Shown here: piece after piece, positions 58,339-64,000 of the stretch
How positions within the stretch are numbered: position 1 is the first letter of the stretch
Layout: every line of letters begins with the position of its first letter
IMG/VR virus record: IMGVR_UViG_3300043584_000003
Coordinates: 35,163-99,162 of that record
Reading direction: 5' to 3' (one strand)
Length of the DNA stretch: 64,000 nt
DNA from: a virus
Program-made: the position numbers and the translations under genes
The notes under the pieces: model-generated
Seen by the model: the letters and a program-made list of their open reading frames with translations, nothing else
The model's database searches: none
Told to the model about the DNA's origin: nothing

Positions 58339-58920
58339 TCATCGGGTCGCATCGGTTAGATACCAGCACCAGTGCCACGCACCGACGAAGGCGCGCTCGC
58401 CGGGCTTGAGCCGGTAGATGGCCCACACGGAGTGCTCGCGCGTTGTGTTCCAGCGCACGCACCACGGCTCGTCCTCGTCCACGACGGACAGCGCGTAGTC
58501 GTCGTGCACCAGGTGGGCGATCGTGCGCTCGTCCGGGGAGACGACCAGCTGATCCTGCTGGAAGTCGTCGTGCTCACGCTCGCACCGGGCGACGTAGGCG
58601 GTCTGACGGCGGGCCAGCGCGCGGGCCACCTCGGGGCGGAAACCGGGAGACACGAAACCGTTCCACCGGTCGTCGGGATCCACCAGCGCGGGCCACACGT
58701 CGTCCTCACCGAGGCCGCAGGAGACGTAGACCTCGCCGGGATCGAGCGGCAGCTGGTGGACGACGTCGCCGACCACCGTGCAGGATACGCACCAGACGCC
58801 GCCTCCGTCGTCGTCGAAGATGCCGCCGTCGCGGCGGACGTGCTCAACCGTGTGTGCTGCCGCATCGGCGTCAACGAACGAGAGCACGACGTAGTTCTGA
58901 TCTTGATCTTGACCGCTCAT
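58339..58920 (-). CDS. Hypothetical protein
   Basis: Likely start 58920; DPDDRWNGFVSP.F. Confidence 0.55.
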   Translation of the reverse strand: MSGQDQDQNYVVLSFVDADAAAHTVEHVRRDGGIFDDDGGGVWCVSCTVVGDVVHQLPLDPGEVYVSCGLGEDDVWPALVDPDDRWNGFVSPGFRPEVARALARRQTAYVARCEREHDDFQQDQLVVSPDERTIAHLVHDDYALSVVDEDEPWCVRWNTTREHSVWAIYRLKPGERAFVGAWHWCWYLTDATR

Positions 58921-59089
58921 TAGGCAAGCTCCAATCCGTAGTCGACGCCGCACTGTCCGTGCGCCATGACGTAGCGAGGCGGTACGTCGGCCGCCGTCGA
59001 CGGTCCGTAGTGATGCGCCAGCGGATCGTCGGGAGACTCGTCCTCGCCGCAGACCTCGCAGGGGTCGCCCTCGGTCCAGGTTGACGGCG

Positions 59090-59512
59090 TCACGGCGTCA
59101 CCTCCGAGCCGGGCGCGGGCACGGACAGCTGCGCGTCCAGGAACGCGGTCGCGTCGGTGATGAACGCGGCCGGGCCGGGCACGCCGGCCTCGGTGAAGAT
59201 CGCGACGCCGTCCGGATCCTCGCGGGGGTCGGTGACCGCCTGGTGCCGGAAGAAGCCGCCGGTCGTCGCACAGCGCACCAGCACGGCGGCGCGAGCTAGC
59301 GCCACGGCGGGGTCGTCGTAGACCTCGGTCCAGACGTTGATCACCTGGTCGCCCCACGACAGCCGCCAGCGGCCGTCGGGAAGAAGAGCAAGCCAGACGT
59401 CGACGCCCGCGACGTCGCCGGGCGGCGTCCAGCTGAGTGCGAGCACGTCGTCGGGCTCGGGTAGCGCTGGAACACGTTCGTCATATGTTGTCACGGTGGT
59501 TCTTTCCTTCAT
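59090..59512 (-). CDS. Hypothetical protein
   Basis: Likely start 59512 behind AAGGA. Confidence 0.5.
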   Translation of the reverse strand: MKERTTVTTYDERVPALPEPDDVLALSWTPPGDVAGVDVWLALLPDGRWRLSWGDQVINVWTEVYDDPAVALARAAVLVRCATTGGFFRHQAVTDPREDPDGVAIFTEAGVPGPAAFITDATAFLDAQLSVPAPGSEVTP

Positions 59513-59642
59513 CGTTCGTTCCTTTGTCTCTTCGGGAGCACGGTTCTTTCCAGACGTCGTGTGGGTTGTCCCAGCAGCAACGGCGCCCAGATACAGATCA
59601 GGCACAGTACGACCAGGACCGGTATCACCCAGGTTAGATCCA

Positions 59643-60116
59643 TCAGGTGATTTCCTCGAGCTGGTCGAGCGGCACCTCACGAACGCCGTCGTCGATGTCG
59701 TCGTCGTCGTACTCGTGGAGCTGCACGAGGATCGTCGAGCCGGTGCGGACGTCGGTGACGTCCAACACGACGGCGTGCTGGCGCGGCGAGGAGAGGGTCG
59801 GGTCGTCGGGGTCGGTCCAGGCGACGAGCGTCACCTGCTGACCAACGGTAGGAACCTCGACGGCTGTGCGAACCAGCTGGGAGACCAGCTGCGCACGCAC
59901 CGGCTCGAGCAGCGCGTCGACGGTTCGCTGGACGTCGGGAAGGCCGTGTTCGTCGTCCTGCAGGTCGAATCCGAGCAGCAGGCGCGGCGGGTTCGAGCGC
60001 GCGTCGTACGCCATGACGCTGAAGCCGTCGTGCACCGTGATAAGGATCGAGCGGTCGACCTCGCGGTCGTCGACCAGTTGATCAGGCGTGTGAGTCGTGT
60101 GAATCGTGTGAATCAC
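59643..60116 (-). CDS. Hypothetical protein
   Basis: GGGAG RBS. Confidence 0.55.
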   Translation of the reverse strand: MIHTIHTTHTPDQLVDDREVDRSILITVHDGFSVMAYDARSNPPRLLLGFDLQDDEHGLPDVQRTVDALLEPVRAQLVSQLVRTAVEVPTVGQQVTLVAWTDPDDPTLSSPRQHAVVLDVTDVRTGSTILVQLHEYDDDDIDDGVREVPLDQLEEIT

Positions 60117-60155
60117 TTGTTCTCCCTTGATCGTTCGTTCCGTCCGTACCAGCTG

Positions 60156-60164
60156 ATTATATCA
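60156..60164 (-). promoter_or_regulatory. Possible extended -10 promoter element for leftward transcription
   Basis: TGATATAAT on the - strand upstream of 60116; no canonical -35 seen. Confidence 0.3.
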
Positions 60165-60306
60165 CATTAGCGGCGCCCGCGATTTGCCTGAGCAAACGAG
60201 CGCGGCCGGTCACGGGCGCGGCGGCGAGGCCGGGAACGACTCACGCGCGCGCGTGCCGAAAGCGCGCGCGCCGAGAGCGTGCCGAGAAGCTACGTACGGC
60301 CCGGAG

Positions 60307-60564
60307 CTACGCGCGGCGCGCGTAGTCCAGCAGCGCGCGGCGAGCGGTGCCGGGGAGGACCAGGGCGCCGGCGGCGGGGCGCTTGGAGTCGCGGACGCCG
60401 AGCACGTCGTCGTTGCCGCCGCCGGATCGGGAAGACCTGCGCCAGGTAGCCAGCTCGAGGCACACGCCGACGTTAGGGGAGGAAAACGTGGACTTACGCC
60501 AGGTGGCGAGCTCCGTACACGCGCCCGCGGCGCCAGCAAACGTAGACCTACGCCGTGTCGTCAT
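60307..60564 (-). CDS. DUF397 family protein with duplicated W-R-K-S motif
   Basis: WRKSTFS...CLELATWRRSSRSGGGND..GVRDSK. Confidence 0.7.
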   Translation of the reverse strand: MTTRRRSTFAGAAGACTELATWRKSTFSSPNVGVCLELATWRRSSRSGGGNDDVLGVRDSKRPAAGALVLPGTARRALLDYARRA

Positions 60565-60586
60565 GGGACCAGCGTAGCGCCGGACG

Positions 60587-60808
60587 TCACGCGGCCGGTG
60601 CCGTCGGTACGCGGCGCAAGAGAGCGAGGCGCGCCGCGTCCGGCAGGACCAGGTAGCCACCGCCGGGATTCTTGGAGTCACGGACGCCGGTAGCGGCCGG
60701 GGTGACGGCAAGTTCCACGCAGTCGTTGCCACCGCCGGAGAACGAGGACTTACGCCAGGACGCGGTGTTGAGCGCAAGGGTGCGTGCGCGTGATGCGTTG
60801 GTGGTCAT
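60587..60808 (-). CDS. DUF397 family protein
   Basis: WRKSSFSGGGNDCVELA...GVRDSKNP.GG.L. Confidence 0.9.
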   Translation of the reverse strand: MTTNASRARTLALNTASWRKSSFSGGGNDCVELAVTPAATGVRDSKNPGGGYLVLPDAARLALLRRVPTAPAA

Positions 60809-60988
60809 CCGACCAGCGTACCGGCGGTGTGTGCGAGGACAGCGCGGGACGAACGACGGGCCGTACGCTGGCCGTTCGGCCGTTTTCAGCCGAGTGCCGC
60901 GTCCCGAGGAGGACGCGGCACCCGGATCGCGCCGAGCTCCGTGCTAGCGGAGATCCCGTTGGTGTAACAACTAGATAGGCGGACTATC

Positions 60989-61201
60989 TTGACTCATTCT
61001 ACCACCGGTAGTAGTGGACACCGAATCGTTCGATTCAACGAGACGCTCGCTGAGGTACAACGGCAGTTTCCCGACCTCGGTCGTGAACTTCGTTCACCAC
61101 TGGAATACGACGCGCAAAAGTGGCTCGTCGCGCACAACGTGTCGTGGCAATATGAACCGGAACGACGACGTCGGCAGCGACGCCTCACGCAAGGTCGGTG
61201 A
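60989..61201 (+). CDS. Small hypothetical protein
   Basis: First gene of the rightward unit, 3 nt before the primase. Confidence 0.45.
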   Translation: MTHSTTGSSGHRIVRFNETLAEVQRQFPDLGRELRSPLEYDAQKWLVAHNVSWQYEPERRRRQRRLTQGR

Positions 61202-61204
61202 TCG

Positions 61205-63580
61205 GTGATGACCGACACCTACCTGGGACGCACGTTGGAACGTCCCGCGCCGGGTCGAATCGCAACGGCGTGTGCATCGTTGGGCTGGCGGGTGTTGCCG
61301 CTCGACCGGCGGAGTAAGAAGCCGGTGCTGCGCGCGTGGCCCGAACGCGCGACGACGGATCGTGAGATCATCGAGGAATGGTGGACGGGAGCGGGCGGGG
61401 CGTTCGCGGGCTGCACGGTCGGCGTCGCGACGGGGCGCGGGTCGGGGATCTGGATCCTCGACGTCGACCAGCACGGTGGTAGCAGCAACGAAGCGGGGCC
61501 TAACGGATTCGACACGTTGCGCGAGCTCGAGGCGCGGTACGAGCCGTTACCAGAGACCTTCACCGTGCGGACGCCGTCCGGAGGCGAGCACCGCTGGTTC
61601 CAGTACCCCGCCGAGGGTGAGGTCGTCACCAAGCCCAACACGCTCGGGCCGGGACTGGACACGAGAGGACACGGCGGGCAGGCGGTCGCACCGGGCTCGT
61701 GGACGCCCGCCGGGGAGTACCGCGTTACCAGCGCCGGCGAGGTCGAGCTAGCCGAGACGCCGCGCTGGCTCGCGAAGCTCGTCGAGCGGCGGGTTGGGAT
61801 CGGTTGGGCGGGAGGCTGGTCCGACGAGGAACAGGTGGGGGGTGGTCGGGAGGACTGGCTCGCCGAGGCGGCTGGGTTGGGTGACGGTGACCAGGAGTGG
61901 TTCCTATTTCGGTTCATGTCGTCGCTGCGTGCGCGGGCGGTGTCACCGGAGGAGATGCAGCGGCTGGGTTGGGAGGCCGCGCGGCGGTTCCAGGTGTATG
62001 ACTCGGCGGAACCGTGGACCGAGGCGCACGTTCGGGAGAAGGTCACCAGCGCCTGCCGATACCCAGCGGGAACGAGCGACGCGAGACCGGTGATCGTCCT
62101 CGTTACCGACGAACCAACACAAGAACGTCAGGAGCCTACGATGACGGTACCAGCACCGGCGTCCGAACCTGATCTTCACACCGTGGTGAGAGACGTCGAG
62201 CTGCCCACGACCGGGGGGTCACCCGAGAACCCGTGGCGCAACACGGACCGGGCGAACGGCATCGAGGTGGCGCGGTTCCTAGACGGTAAGGCGTTCTGGA
62301 CGCCTGAGAACGGGTGGTTCGTCTTTGATGGGAAGCGTTGGGCCCCGGACGCCGAGCTGGTGAGGCTGCTGCTGGTCGGTGAGTACACGGACCAGCTGCG
62401 GCAGCAGGTGACGTCGGGACAGCACGCAGGTCGTGATGAGGGGGAGGTGTTGATGGCACGAGCTAACCGCATCGAGTCGTCTAGCGGATTGAACGGCGCG
62501 TTGGACTTTGCGAAGGCGTACGTCGCGGTGGGAGTGACGCGCCTGGATGGGAATCCGTGGCTGCTTAACTGTCCAAACGGCACGTTGAACCTGAGGACGG
62601 GAGAGCTGCTCGGTCACGATCCTCGGCACCTCATCACGCGGTGCACACCAACGCCGTACGACCCAGACGCGGCGGACGCGACCTGGGACCGGGTGCGGTA
62701 CGAGGCGCTGGAAGGTGACGAGCACCGGCTGCGGCTGTTAGCGCGGTTCGCGGGCTACACGTTGACCGGCCGCACCACGGAAAAGTGCATGTTGGTCATC
62801 TCAGGCCCAACCAACACCGCGAAGAGCACGATCACGGAGCCGTTGTACCGAGCGTTGGGGGCGGTCCACGACGGCGGTTACGCGACGACCTGGGACGCGG
62901 ACGTCGTGCAGTTGGACGCCAAGGTTAATAGGGCGGAAAAGTTGAACAAGGTTAGAGGCGCGCGCATGGTGCTGGTGGGCGAGCTGGCGAAGGGAAGTCG
63001 CATGGCAGACAACTTCGTTAAGCAGTTCACCGGCGGGGACACCATGGACGCCCGGGGGCTGTATAAGGATAGTTACTCATATCGACCGCAGGCGAAGTTG
63101 TGGATGGCCACCAACTACGTGCCTGGGTCGGCGGATAAGGCGTTGCACGAGCGGTTGTTGATCCTGCCGTTCCAGCACACACCGGTGAAACGTGATCCAG
63201 CGATCAAGGCGCACCTGGAGGACTCGGAGGAGGCCCAACGAGCCATGCTTGCGTGGGCAGTAAGGGGGTGTCTTTGGTGGCAACAGGAGTCGTCGTTGGG
63301 TGACACGCCGTGGCTTGATGAGGCTAAGGCAGAGTACGCGTTGGAGTCGGATCCTGTGTTGAGCTTTGTCCACGACCGGCTAGACGTAGTGGAAGGTTAC
63401 GCTGATTCGTCCTACACGGACGACGTGTGGTCGTCGTACCAGTTGTGGGGTGTAGAGCACGTACGGAATCCACTACGACGGCGTGCGTTTGAGGCCGCAA
63501 TGAAGGAACACGGGTTTAAAAAGGCACGTGGTTCATACAATAAGGGTGGTTTTAAGTGGCTGGGTTTTAAGATTCAGTGA
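61205..63580 (+). CDS. Bifunctional primase-polymerase fused to D5-like SF3 helicase
   Basis: GWRVLPL...KKP, GVATG..SGIWILDVD, VRTPSGGEH, GLDTRG.GG..VAPGS; D5_N W..FDGKRW, LNCPNGTL; Walker A variant GPTNTAKST; LWMATNYVP. Confidence 0.92.
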   Translation: MMTDTYLGRTLERPAPGRIATACASLGWRVLPLDRRSKKPVLRAWPERATTDREIIEEWWTGAGGAFAGCTVGVATGRGSGIWILDVDQHGGSSNEAGPNGFDTLRELEARYEPLPETFTVRTPSGGEHRWFQYPAEGEVVTKPNTLGPGLDTRGHGGQAVAPGSWTPAGEYRVTSAGEVELAETPRWLAKLVERRVGIGWAGGWSDEEQVGGGREDWLAEAAGLGDGDQEWFLFRFMSSLRARAVSPEEMQRLGWEAARRFQVYDSAEPWTEAHVREKVTSACRYPAGTSDARPVIVLVTDEPTQERQEPTMTVPAPASEPDLHTVVRDVELPTTGGSPENPWRNTDRANGIEVARFLDGKAFWTPENGWFVFDGKRWAPDAELVRLLLVGEYTDQLRQQVTSGQHAGRDEGEVLMARANRIESSSGLNGALDFAKAYVAVGVTRLDGNPWLLNCPNGTLNLRTGELLGHDPRHLITRCTPTPYDPDAADATWDRVRYEALEGDEHRLRLLARFAGYTLTGRTTEKCMLVISGPTNTAKSTITEPLYRALGAVHDGGYATTWDADVVQLDAKVNRAEKLNKVRGARMVLVGELAKGSRMADNFVKQFTGGDTMDARGLYKDSYSYRPQAKLWMATNYVPGSADKALHERLLILPFQHTPVKRDPAIKAHLEDSEEAQRAMLAWAVRGCLWWQQESSLGDTPWLDEAKAEYALESDPVLSFVHDRLDVVEGYADSSYTDDVWSSYQLWGVEHVRNPLRRRAFEAAMKEHGFKKARGSYNKGGFKWLGFKIQ

Positions 63581-63588
63581 ACGGACGT

Positions 63589-63763
63589 GTGATTGTTACT
63601 GAGAGTAGCCAACGTGCAGTGATTGTTACTGAGAGTCAGAAATTGACACGTTTGGGCGGTTCCAAACGTGTCAACTGACTAAGTTGCCTATACGCGCGCG
63701 CGAGAGCGCGCGGGGAGAGGAGTTAGTCTGTTGACACGGTTTGAACGCCCGAAACGTGTCAAC
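63589..63763. promoter_or_regulatory. Direct plus inverted repeat cluster (operator/origin-like)
   Basis: GTGATTGTTACTGAGAGT x2 (63589, 63619); TTGACACGTTTGG/CCAAACGTGTCAA (63643-63674); GTTGACACG..AAACGTGTCAAC (63730-63763). Confidence 0.65.
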
Positions 63764-63785
63764 TCGAGACTTATGTGATCGGATC

Positions 63786-63998
63786 ATGACACGAAAACAT
63801 GGGCCATTTTGCGGTCGACCTGTGAGCGATGGGTCGGATCGACGATGTAAGAGGTATCCCGGAGAGGACACCGACCACTACGGCATGGGACCGTGTCGGA
63901 CACACGAAACGTCGGACGTTCGAGAAGCTTGGAGGAACGCGATGGACGTCGCACGTGAGTTGAACGTCTCGCCGTGGGACGCGCTGCTGTTGTCGACG
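63786..63998 (+). CDS. Probable terminase small subunit, N-terminus (runs off window)
   Basis: FCG...RCKRYPGEDTDHYGMGPCRTH resembles the C..C..G.GT.H.G.G.C..H motif of actinophage TerS. Confidence 0.55.
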   Translation, partial: MTRKHGPFCGRPVSDGSDRRCKRYPGEDTDHYGMGPCRTHETSDVREAWRNAMDVARELNVSPWDALLLST

Positions 63999-64000
63999 AG

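Overview
About 64 kb of a large tailed actinophage, probably a siphovirus. WhiB, DUF397 genes and an actinobacterial uL1 point to a filamentous actinomycete host; no integrase is visible. Layout: + strand neck/tail/tape-measure/minor-tail genes (1-10267) run into a seven-gene glycosylation cluster (10296-16100). A long - strand arm (16100-60800) carries WhiB, a C5-cytosine methyltransferase, a putative cytosine hypermodification pathway (T4 BGT-like glycosyltransferase, NDP-sugar enzyme, dCMP-type thymidylate synthase homolog, kinase-UDG fusion, deaminase, dimeric dUTPase/dCTPase), SSB, Sak4, Cas4-like nuclease, SNF2 helicase, RuvC-like resolvase, PolA, three tRNAs, Ro60/TROVE with several Y-RNA-like elements, a solitary ribosomal protein uL1, and a RAMP/Cas7-like gene followed by a ~1 kb GGY-NN pentamer array, with a second orphan array ~7 kb away. 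The + strand then resumes with a primase-polymerase/SF3 helicase, an operator/origin-like region and the start of a probable small terminase. Highlights: (1) the RAMP + GGY-NN arrays, a candidate gapped-code RNA-guided system; (2) a 15-nt in-frame hairpin with two stop codons inside the helicase Walker A motif, a candidate ribosomal bypass or micro-intron; (3) phage uL1 beside Ro60 and permuted tRNA-like RNAs; (4) a glycosylated-cytosine pathway. All calls come from motif recognition by eye; no database searches were run, and counts are hand counts.
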